DNA of 64,000 nt from Candidatus Bathyarchaeota archaeon (GTDB lineage: Archaea > Thermoproteota > Bathyarchaeia > 40CM-2-53-6): positions 64,001 to 128,000 of the forward strand of contig CAVPLU010000012.1 of the NCBI GenBank assembly GCA_963706285.1, written 5' to 3'. Numbering within the stretch: position 1 is the stretch's first letter; every line of letters starts with the position of its first letter. This document shows positions 51,663 through 61,258 of the stretch, in pieces. A model generated the notes under the pieces. That model was not told the origin of the DNA. It searched no databases and saw nothing but the letters and a program-made list of their open reading frames with translations. A program made the translations under genes and the position numbers.

Positions 51663-51917
51663 ATGAGCTACGTATACCAAGCGTTACCGGGGTACTGTCC
51701 TTGGCATCAGAGCTACGACTATGACTACCTGTACTCCTACAGTCCTCAGCCACTATCACATGTGGACATGCAGCATTATCCTCTTGTAGGTGAGCATCAC
51801 GGCGGGGTACACATCTCAGAGAACTGCAAATACTGCTTTCAACGGCTGGTAGCCACCCAAGATCCAAGCATAAACTACTGCCCACAGTGCGGAAGGTATC
51901 AGCCGCATCGAATCTAA
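51663..51917 (+). CDS. Tyr/His-rich zinc-ribbon small protein (paralogue 2)
   Basis: MSYVYQALPGYCPWHQSYDYDY...ENCKYCFQRLVATQDPSINYCPQCGRYQPH. Confidence 0.78.
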   Translation: MSYVYQALPGYCPWHQSYDYDYLYSYSPQPLSHVDMQHYPLVGEHHGGVHISENCKYCFQRLVATQDPSINYCPQCGRYQPHRI

Positions 51918-52041
51918 ACATACTTTCCAAAACGACATTGGGGGCCCCAACGGCCCCCGTAGGCACAGTAGCTGAAACCTTCCACAATTCGATTATCTGC
52001 TTTACCCTTGAGATAGAAAATAATCGTTTCAATTCCTTTGA

Positions 52042-52989
52042 CTAGGCAATGAGTTGGCTGGTAGACGAGGCGATCTGTATCGGCGCTTCGCCGCACAGTT
52101 GAGCGATCCTGTTCCAGTTATGTTCGACTTGCCTCCGCAATTCTTCAAGATCCTTGGTGAATTCTGGCGCGAACAGGTGCCTGAATCTGCCTTGGGGTTT
52201 GAGGAATTCCTCAAGCGGGATTGGTTTCGGTATTTTCATGCTGAGTTTGTACTTTCCATTTTCCACTTCGTAGAGAGGGAAGTACCCGGTCTGGACGGCT
52301 AGCCTGGCGAGCTTGATCGTCTCACTGGTCTCGAATCGCCATCCGAGAGGACATGGCGCCAGCACATGTATCACCGCTGGACCTTTGATCGCTGTAGCTC
52401 GCCGAACTTTGGTTATGTAATCGTTCCAATATGCAACGGAAGCCGTGGCGGCATATTCCACTCCATGTGCAACACAGATGCCGATGAGGTCCTTCTTCGC
52501 GTCTGTCTTGCCAGGGATCTTTGAGCCTGCGGGTGTGGTCGTTGTGGCTGCCCCATATGGTGTTGCGCCAGACCTCTGTATTCCGGTGTTCATGTATGCC
52601 TCATTGTCATAGCAGATGTAGGTGAAATCGTGCTTCCTCTCGAGAGCGCCCGACAGCGCTTGGATTCCAATATCAAATGTGCCTCCGTCTCCGCCAAACG
52701 CGACTATGTCAACCGCGTCGGCCTTTCCCTCTTTTTGTAGGGACGCTTCGATCCCCGACGCTACCGCAGAAGCGTTCTCAAAGAGTGTGTGAACCCAGGG
52801 CACCTTCCAGGCTGTGTCAGGATAGATTGTGGTCGCAACCTCAAGGCAACCGGTAGCGTTCACAATGATTGTGGGCTTCTGCAGGGCTTTTAGTGTGATG
52901 CGTGCCGTGGTTGCAGGACCGCAACCAGTGCACATTCTGTGGCCTGGACCGAAGGACTCTTGCGTTGAAAGCTCTTTCAGACTGACCAC
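52042..52989 (-). CDS. porB: Pyruvate/2-ketoisovalerate:ferredoxin oxidoreductase beta subunit
   Basis: GHRMCTGC, ATGCLEV, GGDGGTFDIG, DNEAYMNTGIQRS, PCPLGW. Confidence 0.95.
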   Translation of the reverse strand: MVSLKELSTQESFGPGHRMCTGCGPATTARITLKALQKPTIIVNATGCLEVATTIYPDTAWKVPWVHTLFENASAVASGIEASLQKEGKADAVDIVAFGGDGGTFDIGIQALSGALERKHDFTYICYDNEAYMNTGIQRSGATPYGAATTTTPAGSKIPGKTDAKKDLIGICVAHGVEYAATASVAYWNDYITKVRRATAIKGPAVIHVLAPCPLGWRFETSETIKLARLAVQTGYFPLYEVENGKYKLSMKIPKPIPLEEFLKPQGRFRHLFAPEFTKDLEELRRQVEHNWNRIAQLCGEAPIQIASSTSQLIA

Positions 52990-54183
52990 TAAGCTCGCAC
53001 TCCCATGAAGGTCACCGGATCGTCGATCTCAGCACCATTGGCCTGATGTAGCGCGGTTTCGAATATGCCTTCGATGTCGCTTGGTTTGATGTCTCTTCCG
53101 CCTAAACCGCATATGACGTTGAAGATCTTGGTCTGAATACCTGTAAGTACTTTGGTTGAGGCGATATCGCTGCATAACGCACCGTAAGGTGCCCCGAATG
53201 ATATGGCTCGGTCAATTACGCCGACGCTCTTCGCTTTTGACAGCACCTCGTGCAACTTCTTTTGTCGGGAAAGGTCTGTACTGCCAAAGCTTGACAACAC
53301 CGACACGCTTGCCTTTCTGCCTCATCTTTGCTGCAACAGCGCGAGCTGTTCCGGCGACGCTGCCCATGCATATCACCGCGGCATCGGCGTCTTCCATGTC
53401 GAAGGCGGATAGTTTTGAGTATTGTCTGCCCGAGATTTCTTGGAACTCATCTGCTACTGAAGCAATAACCGGCGGTGCGTTCTTCATTGCCTCGACTTGC
53501 TGTCGTTTGAACTCTGTATAGTAGTCAGGGAGCGTCAGCGGTCCGAAGGTCATTGGATTCGTCGTGTCCAGCTTATAGAGTGGGTTCCTCTTGCCGAGGA
53601 AGGCGCTGACTCTGTCATCTTCGAGTACGGCTACGCCTTCCATTGCATGAGAGATCGTGAATCCGTCTAGGTTCACGGTCACTGGAAGCGATACCTTGTG
53701 ATCTTCTGCGATCCTGAAAGCCTGGATAGTCCAGTCATATGCCTCTTGTGCGTTCTCCGCATATATCTGGATCCAGCCGCAGTCTCTGGAACCCATCATG
53801 TCTGAGTGGTCGTTGTGGATGTTGATAGGCGCGGAGAGTGCCCTGTTAGCAACCGCCATAACAATCGGCGTGCGCAAACCTGAAGCGAGGTAGAGCACCT
53901 CATGCATCAATGCCAGTCCTTGGCTCGATGTTGCCGTGAACACCCGTGATCCAACAAGGCTGGATCCAACGCATGCCGAGAGCGCTGAGTGCTCGGACTC
54001 AACGCAAACAAACCGAGTGTCAACTTCCCCGTTTGCCACATAGTCGCTGAATCGTTCAACCATTATCGTCTGAGGAGTTATCGGATAGGCGGCAACAACG
54101 TCAACTCGAGCTTGTTTGGCTGCAAAGGCAACAGCCTCATCGCCATTCATTCCGACGATCTTCTGAGAAATCGTCTTCGACAA
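52989..54183 (-). CDS. porA: Pyruvate/2-ketoisovalerate:ferredoxin oxidoreductase alpha subunit; frameshift near 53250
   Basis: AYPITPQT, ESEHSA, ATSSQGL, NRALSAP, RPFP, GLGGRD. Confidence 0.95.
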
Positions 54184-54184
54184 C

Positions 54185-54472
54185 TCAGCTCTCCTCCATC
54201 ATCGTAATAGCTTTCATGGGACATTCGGTGGCGCAGATCCCGCATCCTTTGCAGTAATCATAGCTGAACTCGATTGTCTTCGGTCCGCGCAGGATCGCAG
54301 GTTCTGGGCAGTAGATCCAACATATCAGACAGTTTGTGCATTTTTTTGCATCCAAGGTCGGACGCTTGAGTCGCCAAGTTCCGGTCTTGTTTCGCTCAGC
54401 AGATCCGGGAGTCACAAGTACTGCGCCCATAGGCAGCGAACTCCATCCGGGCTTGTCTTCTGCTGCGCTCAT
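54185..54472 (-). CDS. porD: Oxidoreductase delta subunit (2x4Fe-4S)
   Basis: KTGTWR, CTNCLICWIYCP, YCKGCGICATECP. Confidence 0.95.
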   Translation of the reverse strand: MSAAEDKPGWSSLPMGAVLVTPGSAERNKTGTWRLKRPTLDAKKCTNCLICWIYCPEPAILRGPKTIEFSYDYCKGCGICATECPMKAITMMEES

Positions 54473-54475
54473 TCC

Positions 54476-55024
54476 TCACTCCACCGTCTCATAGACACGC
54501 CGTATTAGCTCTACGTTCTTCTCTCCGAGGCTTCCCGAGAAACGATCCTTGATCGCCTTCTCAATCGAGCTTAAGGCTGCGAGTGGCGCAACCTTTGCGA
54601 GCGCACCCAGCATTGCAGTATTAACGATTGGCCGCCCAGCGATCTTCATCGCCAGATGTGTTGCGTCTATGGTTCGAACTTGGCTCTGGCTCAATGAGAG
54701 TGTTGAAGCCATCTCACTTGACCGCTTGGGAGAGTTCAGAACCACTTGCCCATTTTCTAACAGGCCCTTTGTGACTCTGACTGAAGCTAGGAGTGAGGAG
54801 TCGAGAACCACAACGAATCCCGGGTTGTAAATCTGGCTTCTTGTTTCTATTACCTCGTCGCTTATCCTCGTAAATCCAGAGATGGGAGCGCCAAGTCGCT
54901 CAGGCCCAAATTCCGGAAAGGCTTGGACATGTTTACCCTCAAGAAGGGCAGCCTGGGCAAGCAATCTGCTTGACGTGATCACGCCCTGCCCAGCCCGTCC
55001 ATGCCATCTTACCTCATGAAGCAA
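54476..55024 (-). CDS. porG: Oxidoreductase gamma subunit
   Basis: EVRWHGRAGQG, FPEFGPER.GAP, NTAMLGA. Confidence 0.95.
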   Translation of the reverse strand: MLHEVRWHGRAGQGVITSSRLLAQAALLEGKHVQAFPEFGPERLGAPISGFTRISDEVIETRSQIYNPGFVVVLDSSLLASVRVTKGLLENGQVVLNSPKRSSEMASTLSLSQSQVRTIDATHLAMKIAGRPIVNTAMLGALAKVAPLAALSSIEKAIKDRFSGSLGEKNVELIRRVYETVE

Positions 55025-55436
55025 TGAGAAATCTCCCGAAACTCTCGGGCGTGTACGCGAAAGCTACATATTAACAGCACGCAGGTCAATTTTCTATATA
55101 GGTTCGACAATTCGCTGTGAGTTCATTGTTAGAAGGGACGAGTTGAATCCTCTGGAAATCGCGCGTCCTATCGGATTCTTTCACGCGGAATCGGAGCATC
55201 TCACTCACGCCACGTGTTTTCGCGATGCAACTTGCCGATCTTGGAGGGCGACAGCGATGTCTGAGTTCAGCTTCTGAATGAGCACTTTCAAGTAGCTTTT
55301 CTTTGATTGACCGGCAAATGATTCCGTCAATCGACTTATCCTTTCATGTGGAGCACTAGATGCTTACATGTGATCTCTGCAACACGCGACAAAACTGAGA
55401 TATGCTGGGTCGCGACAGAACTTGGTCTGACAAGGC

Positions 55437-56144
55437 TTGACGTACTCCCCCATCATCGCAGTTCTCGTATCTGCATTGTTTGCGGCCATTTCCGATCTTG
55501 CTGGAGCTATACTCTTTCTGAAGTCGAGGTTTCGGTCTATTCAAACCAGGTACGCTGTAGGGTTTGCTTCTGGGATTCTGGTCTCCGCCGCATTCCTTGA
55601 ACTTATTCCGCAGGCTGATGTGTCGACAAACGCGCTAATCGTTCTCCTAGGCTTCTTCACATTCTACTTGGTCGAGAAGGCGATAATGCTCCACTCTTGC
55701 GGTGAAGCTGAGTGCGAAGCGCATACTGTAGACTGGATCTCTATCGTCGGAATGGCTTCTGACAACATTGTTGACGGAATAGGTATTGCGATCGGTTACG
55801 CGACAAATCCCTCCCTTGGTCTCGTGATCACTTTGGCAGTAATCGCTCACGAGATCCCTCAAGGCTTCACGACAGCAGCACTCGCAACCAGATCGGGATT
55901 TCGCGTGTGGCGAATCATAGTTTTTCTCCTTATTGCGGGTGCCATGTATCCAATCGGAGCTGCGCTGGCGTCACTCATACCGGCCAATTTCTACACCATG
56001 GCAATAGCATTTGTTGCAGGTGACTTCATCTACATAGGCGCGGGAGACCTTCTCGGGGAAGCCCATAAGAAGTTCAACGCAAGAGTGGTCATCTCAGTAG
56101 TTCTGGGCGGCCTAATCGCTGTAGCTCTCAACTTCCTCGGCTAG
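55437..56144 (+). CDS. ZIP-family metal transporter
   Basis: DNIVDGIGI, HEIPQG, AGDFIYIGAGDLLGEAH. Confidence 0.92.
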   Translation: MTYSPIIAVLVSALFAAISDLAGAILFLKSRFRSIQTRYAVGFASGILVSAAFLELIPQADVSTNALIVLLGFFTFYLVEKAIMLHSCGEAECEAHTVDWISIVGMASDNIVDGIGIAIGYATNPSLGLVITLAVIAHEIPQGFTTAALATRSGFRVWRIIVFLLIAGAMYPIGAALASLIPANFYTMAIAFVAGDFIYIGAGDLLGEAHKKFNARVVISVVLGGLIAVALNFLG

Positions 56145-56303
56145 AACTGGCTTGAGGTCAACCAAATCCTCTAGATCGAGACTCACGTTTTCTAGTCCAT
56201 CACGACGACTCGCTACTCGCATGCATTGTACCATTCGCGTGCCCACCGTGGCCGAAACTGTTATCGTGATTGGAGCTTGAGTATGCCCTAGAGGCCGAAA
56301 GTG

Positions 56304-56876
56304 ATGACACAGAAGATGATTCTCTACCACGAATCCTCGGGCGATGCTAACACCGAGGCCACGCTCCTTGCCGCTAAAGACAGAGCTGCAGCATTGGGGA
56401 TTCGCGAGATTCTCGTGGCTTCAACGGTCGGCAAGACCGCTGTGAGAGCCTTGGAGATATTCAACGGATTCAGGCTGATCGTGGTGCGTCACCATACGGG
56501 TTTTCGGCGCCCTGGATCGCAAGAAATGACAAAACAGAACGAGGATATCCTAGTCAAATCGGGTGTACCGATGGTGACCGCAGGTCATGCTTTCTCAGGT
56601 GTCGAACGTGCAATGAGAATAAAGCGAGGCACAATAGGGCCTTTGGAACTCATGGCCGACACGCTCAGACTCTTCGGCGAGGGCACAAAAGTCTGCTTGG
56701 AGATCACTGTTATGGCTGCAGACGCGGGTGCGATTCAAGTGGATCAACCAGTGATCGCGATCGCAGGAACCGGCGAAGGAGCGGATACTGCATTAGTGGT
56801 TCAGCCTGCTCACTCGAACAACTTCTTTGACCTCTACGTGAAAGAGATCATAGCAAAGCCCTCAGCTCGAACATAG
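56304..56876 (+). CDS. Pyruvate-kinase C-terminal-like alpha/beta protein (MTH1675 family)
   Basis: NTEATL, VAST.GKTA, HHTGF, HAFSGVER, KVCLEI.VMAADAG, GADTA. Confidence 0.88.
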   Translation: MTQKMILYHESSGDANTEATLLAAKDRAAALGIREILVASTVGKTAVRALEIFNGFRLIVVRHHTGFRRPGSQEMTKQNEDILVKSGVPMVTAGHAFSGVERAMRIKRGTIGPLELMADTLRLFGEGTKVCLEITVMAADAGAIQVDQPVIAIAGTGEGADTALVVQPAHSNNFFDLYVKEIIAKPSART

Positions 56877-56947
56877 GGTCGAGGACACTGTCGGCACGTA
56901 CAATAGAGGTTAAGATCGCAGTATCATCTACTTATCTGGGGGTCCGA

Positions 56948-57292
56948 ATGCAGCTTCGTCAAATGCTGTGGGCTCCGCGTCGGGTTCCCGTATGCGTGTT
57001 CGAAAAGACTCGTGGGAATAGTCTGACCTCTGATCGTCGACTCATCTTCCTGGGAAGGATGACTGTCTCGCCTTTGCTATCCATCGGCGCTACAGGATAT
57101 TTCGCCTATCTGGCTAACTGGGGGCGATTCCGCTCGATCGTGCTATCTGAGCTGAAACGTATCATGTCAGCTGCGGGCCTTGACAACTCGTATCAGATAG
57201 AGAATTGGTTCATGGCTAAGGATCGTTTGATTATTCATGTCGCAAAGAACTCTCAAGAAAAATGCAAGCCAATCCAATCTACTATACAATAG
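56948..57292 (+). CDS. Hypothetical protein
   Basis: 114-aa ORF with no recognised motif. Confidence 0.35.
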   Translation: MQLRQMLWAPRRVPVCVFEKTRGNSLTSDRRLIFLGRMTVSPLLSIGATGYFAYLANWGRFRSIVLSELKRIMSAAGLDNSYQIENWFMAKDRLIIHVAKNSQEKCKPIQSTIQ

Positions 57293-57329
57293 GGGACGAC
57301 ATTGGCTGAGACGAAGATTCCTCGAGACT

Positions 57330-58330
57330 GCATTAGGGTAAGATCAATGATGGGCGTTCCATTTTTTGGAAACGATCAGCTCTCGTCCAAGACCTCTCGC
57401 TATCGTGCAAGTATTGTGGTTCAAGCTCGCTAGTCAAGCGCGGAAAACGACAGACAAAGCTCGGCGTGAAACTTCAGTATGAGTGTAAGGCGTGTGGACG
57501 ATGGTTCGTCCAGAACGGAACGCATCTTCCACGCGCACGAATAGATGAACGCTTACAAGGCATGGCTGTCGATCTCTATTTCAGCGGGTTCAGTGTTCGC
57601 AAGATCAAGCGGTTCCTAGAAGAATACTACCACGTCCACAGTCAGCCATGTTGCGATCTACAAGTGGCTTCGCAAATACAGCCAACTACTAGACAGACTA
57701 CACGCGCCAATTCAAGCCTACAACAGTCAGGCGTATGGAACGCGGACGAAATGATGGTCAAGGTTTCACATGAGAAGGTTGACCCAGTTAAGGCGCATAG
57801 AGGACGCTACTTCTACCTCTGGAATGTGGTGGACAACCAAACACGGTTCCTACTAGCAAACAAACTCAACGCTCAATCGTGGCTATCCAGAAGCACGAAG
57901 CGTATTCCAAGAAGCACGACAAGTTGCCCGACAAGCTCCAAGCGTCGTCATAACGGACGCGGCCAAAGCGTACGAGGGCGCATACGCTGAAAGCGTACCC
58001 GAACTTCGCAAGATCGTTCACCTAAGCCGATGCAGTCTACGATCAGGCCACAACGCAAGAATCGAACGGTTCCACGGCTCAGTCCGTGAACGCGAGAAAG
58101 TCATGCGATCACTGAAGCATCAGAAAAGCGGTCAAGAACTCCTAAACGCCTACCGAGTCTGGTACAACTACATTCCGACCACACATGAGCTTAGGCGGCC
58201 TAACGCCAGCACAAGCCGCAGAAATCCCACTAGACCTCGGACAAAGCAAGATGCTCAACCTAATCCGCAAAGCACGAGGACTAATCGCTAGACATACGAA
58301 GAGTTTCTACTACGACACAGGGTCACTGCT
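57330..58330 (+). mobile_element. Frameshifted DDE transposase (IS6/IS240-like catalytic domain with IS1-like zinc ribbon); ends not defined
   Basis: CKYCGS...QYECKACGRWF, W.ADEMMVKV, YLWNVVDNQTRFLLA, IERFHG.VREREKVMR, YN...HMSLGGLTPAQAA across several frames. Confidence 0.85.
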
Positions 58331-58691
58331 GAAATATGGACATGGCTTGTGTGAGTGGCTGATCTCTTTCGGTCTCATAAGCATGTTTCCAAGTGTGCCG
58401 AGAAATCGGCCCGAATTGCTCGCATTCGACAACAGTCGGTGATGAAGGGAAGAGCTGTCGTGCAGGCAGCGACACGAGCTGTAGTATGCGACAGTCTACA
58501 AGTCATCAACGATGAAGGTGAGGAACGCTACGGATGGAGGAGCCTAGCGCATCCGCGAACAGCCTTGACAGAACACCGAAACCCGATTCAACTTACGTGA
58601 CAAAAGTTAACAGAACCTGATTCTTTACGCTCCAAGAAATTGGAGCCTGCCCAGATGCTTCCGTGGATTTCGCGCGTTGCCTGAGATTACC

Positions 58692-59054
58692 TCAGCCGGC
58701 CTTGGGGTTACTCTCCATGATTCCGAATGCGTTCCCTTCGGTGTCGACGCAGTAGCAGAAGTATCCTATGCCTGGGATGGCTGTTTTCGGTGTGACGGTT
58801 TTGCCCCCTGCCTCGATGATCTTCTTGGCGAATTCGTTGACCGATGTAACTTCGATCGTGTTGACTGTGGTCTTCTGAGTTTCCCTAGTCATGATCGCAC
58901 CGTTGATCCCCGGCTGGTTGTCTGGTCCCGTCGTGGCGAGCCAGTAATCGATCGGGCCCCATTTTTCGATCTTCCAGCCGAACACTCTCTCGTAGAACTT
59001 CACAGCTCGACCAGGATCGTCTGCGGGAATCTCGAAATGCACTACCCTAGGCAA
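58692..59054 (-). CDS. VOC/glyoxalase family protein
   Basis: VVHFEIPADD..RA..FY..VFGW, GINGAI, DTEGN.FG. Confidence 0.93.
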   Translation of the reverse strand: MPRVVHFEIPADDPGRAVKFYERVFGWKIEKWGPIDYWLATTGPDNQPGINGAIMTRETQKTTVNTIEVTSVNEFAKKIIEAGGKTVTPKTAIPGIGYFCYCVDTEGNAFGIMESNPKAG

Positions 59055-59145
59055 AGAACTTGCACACTCATTGTTGACAACGTCCTTTCAGCTTCAAAAG
59101 CGTTGGGAGGTCCTTCTTGATGCAGGTCGCGGATCGATTATCCAA

Positions 59146-59276
59146 TATGGGGTAATTCAACGACTTCAATACGAGCTTCAGCACGTAGTCTTGATGTGTT
59201 AGTGCACCCGGGGGCCCATTTACCCCATTTGGGAATACTTATCCAGACAGACACCATTCTATACTATGGGGTAATT
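59146..59276. repeat. Three copies of WATGGGGTAAWT (two direct, one inverted)
   Basis: TATGGGGTAATT at 59146-59157 and 59265-59276; ATTTACCCCATT at 59218-59229. Confidence 0.7.
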
Positions 59277-59712
59277 GTACGTGTCCATCCCTGAGACGAT
59301 CAAGGACAAGGAATACTGGGCCGAGTACATGAAAAAACATGGCTTCGCAACCCCCAAGATCGAGGCCGATCGCACCAGCATCGGCGACTTGAAAGTATTC
59401 TGCAGCATACTATTCCCATACAATCCAAGGAAGGCTGAGCTGGCAGAAGCGATCCTTCGAGAAATGAGCCGAGCTCGCCTCAGCAAAGTCGAACTGTACA
59501 AGGACCTGGCTCCAAAACTGATCCGAGAGAAGCATTGCTCTGCGAGAACGCTAAGCCAAACTTGGCAGTCGCTTCTAAGGAGCGGCCTCCTAAGCCGCGC
59601 AAGAAGAAATGAACCAGCACAACTAAGCGACAAGTTCTCTAACAGATTGGAAATGCTCGCACGCTATTGGCGCGAAAGGATCGTCGAAATACCCAAAGGA
59701 GAACTGGCCTAA
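59275..59712 (+). CDS. Hypothetical protein, possible winged-helix DNA-binding
   Basis: Helical basic protein with CSARTLSQTWQSLLRSGLLSR...LSDKFS, resembling a wHTH recognition helix and wing. Confidence 0.65.
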   Translation: MYVSIPETIKDKEYWAEYMKKHGFATPKIEADRTSIGDLKVFCSILFPYNPRKAELAEAILREMSRARLSKVELYKDLAPKLIREKHCSARTLSQTWQSLLRSGLLSRARRNEPAQLSDKFSNRLEMLARYWRERIVEIPKGELA

Positions 59713-59863
59713 TCCTCGAATCTTGACCTCATTGAACGCAACGCCATCCTCAGTGAATGTGCTCATGCCCCCAATGGGTTGCGGGCTCTCCGGCACGTTG
59801 GCCGTTGCGAAAACTCGGCAATCCAATTTTTTGGATTGTTTCTGAACAATCCAGTTTTTTGGA

Positions 59864-60286
59864 CTACGCGGTGTATCGATTGTCAGTCTTTGGAGCGGCT
59901 TGACTTGCAGCCGGACTGGGAAGGGGCGGCAACGGGGCCGGAATGCCAATCGTCTTTGAGATCAAAATCGCTTCCGCGATCGCCGTGCCTGAAATGGCTT
60001 GAATGACTTGCCCTGGAGGAGCTTTCTTCTCCTTCTGTTCCTGAAGGATCTTCTGCAGCTCATCCTTCTCGCCTTGGATCTTTGCGCGACCTTTGATGCT
60101 GATCTGCGCGATCGCAGGCGTGAAGTTAACAGTGAACACGAACGGCGACCGTAGGCTCCCGTCGCTCTGCTCTTCTATCCCAAGCACGTTGATGTTCACC
60201 CCTATCTGAATCTGCGACGGCAAGTCCTTCTCGACATCCCACAAACGCTCGCCTGTCATGTTCGTCACAAATACGTTGACCTTCAC
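59864..60286 (-). CDS. Conserved archaeal hypothetical protein (possibly SecB-like beta-sheet fold)
   Basis: PFVFTVNFTP.IAQISIKG.A...I..SK.IGIP.PLPP pattern. Confidence 0.7.
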   Translation of the reverse strand: MKVNVFVTNMTGERLWDVEKDLPSQIQIGVNINVLGIEEQSDGSLRSPFVFTVNFTPAIAQISIKGRAKIQGEKDELQKILQEQKEKKAPPGQVIQAISGTAIAEAILISKTIGIPAPLPPLPSPAASQAAPKTDNRYTA

Positions 60287-60421
60287 CCTGCAAACCTCAA
60301 CCTACTACGCAGTCCCTCACGCCTCTTTAACCTTGTCAAACCACCCCTGTCACGACTCGGTTCGACTTGACAGAAAGCCTCAAGTCATGGTTTTATGCGT
60401 GCGTTCCATTTTCCTATCCAT

Positions 60422-60446
60422 ATTCCGTTCCGCTTTGGAACGGAAT
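60422..60446. promoter_or_regulatory. Perfect 10-bp inverted repeat upstream of an AbrB-like gene
   Basis: ATTCCGTTCC-GCTTT-GGAACGGAAT. Confidence 0.5.
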
Positions 60447-60462
60447 GCACATCGACTGACAG

Positions 60463-60732
60463 ATGATCGAATTGCTGGAAGTTTTGGCAAATTACGTCGC
60501 GACGAGAAAAAGAGGAAGAAACGGAAAAGTGTACGAATCGCCGCGGATCTACCTTCCAACGAAGCTGACGTGTGATTCGGGCTTTCCGCTGGCTGGAAGG
60601 ATGACTAGAGTGAGAGTAAGGGTAGAGGGAAGGCGCCTGGTCGTAGAGAAGGCGTCAAAGAAGGATCTGAGGAGATTCGGCGAGTTGCCTGTCAAACGGA
60701 CCAAACGTAAGAAACGCAGGAAGAGGCGATAG
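60463..60732 (+). CDS. Small basic protein, AbrB/SpoVT-like swapped-hairpin candidate
   Basis: PRIYLPTKL..DSGFP...VRVRVEGRRLVVEK with Lys/Arg tail. Confidence 0.65.
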   Translation: MIELLEVLANYVATRKRGRNGKVYESPRIYLPTKLTCDSGFPLAGRMTRVRVRVEGRRLVVEKASKKDLRRFGELPVKRTKRKKRRKRR

Positions 60733-61258
60733 TGCTCGTTACTTTGGGAGAGGATCGAGCGCGACCAGACTGATGGATACGTTCGAGGTAGCCCTCGCGG
60801 TCTATCTCCCCCGCCCTTATGCGCGTCGAGGAAATCGGCTCGAAGTCCTCAGCGACAACCATTCCGATAGAAAGTACCGGTAAAGGCCTGAGGCCACGCC
60901 GTCTCCTTATCGTGTTGATCCTGTCAGCTGTCTTCTTGGTCAGTCGGCTCACTATGAGCGCAGCAATTGTCGAGTCATTGATCGCGGGGCCGTACGGGTC
61001 GTCCAAGGGCACTATCTTTGCCCTATCAGCAAGCTGCTCCTTCTTGAGGAAGGAGATGAGTTCCCGTTTTCTTTTCGGGTAGGGATCCACTCGATGATTC
61101 TTGACGAGTCGTTTGACGAAACCGTTGCGGCTCAAGCCAATTAGGACTCGGTCGCCTGCTCGAAAAGCCGTTCTGAGGAGGATCTTGTGGCCCCTGTGAA
61201 GTGCATCGAAGGTTCCGCCAACGGCCACTTCTCGGAAAGGCGGCCTTTTTGAAGTCAG
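60692..61258 (-). CDS. coaD: Phosphopantetheine adenylyltransferase (archaeal PPAT); start approximate
   Basis: VAVGGTFDALHRGH, LDDPYGP, IN.IR..RGL, PISSTRIR.GEID. Confidence 0.93.
   Translation of the reverse strand: MTSKRPPFREVAVGGTFDALHRGHKILLRTAFRAGDRVLIGLSRNGFVKRLVKNHRVDPYPKRKRELISFLKKEQLADRAKIVPLDDPYGPAINDSTIAALIVSRLTKKTADRINTIRRRRGLRPLPVLSIGMVVAEDFEPISSTRIRAGEIDREGYLERIHQSGRARSSPKVTSTIASSCVSYVWSV

Noticed and set aside
23490-54183. Programmed frameshifting or pseudogenisation in cyoE, GGR, nuoL/M, serA-like, Trbp111 and porA
   Set aside because: Isolated indels in conserved housekeeping genes without consistent slippery sites are best explained as sequencing errors
57300-58340. Terminal inverted repeats and target duplication for the transposase
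   Set aside because: No convincing pair found by eye; element ends left undefined
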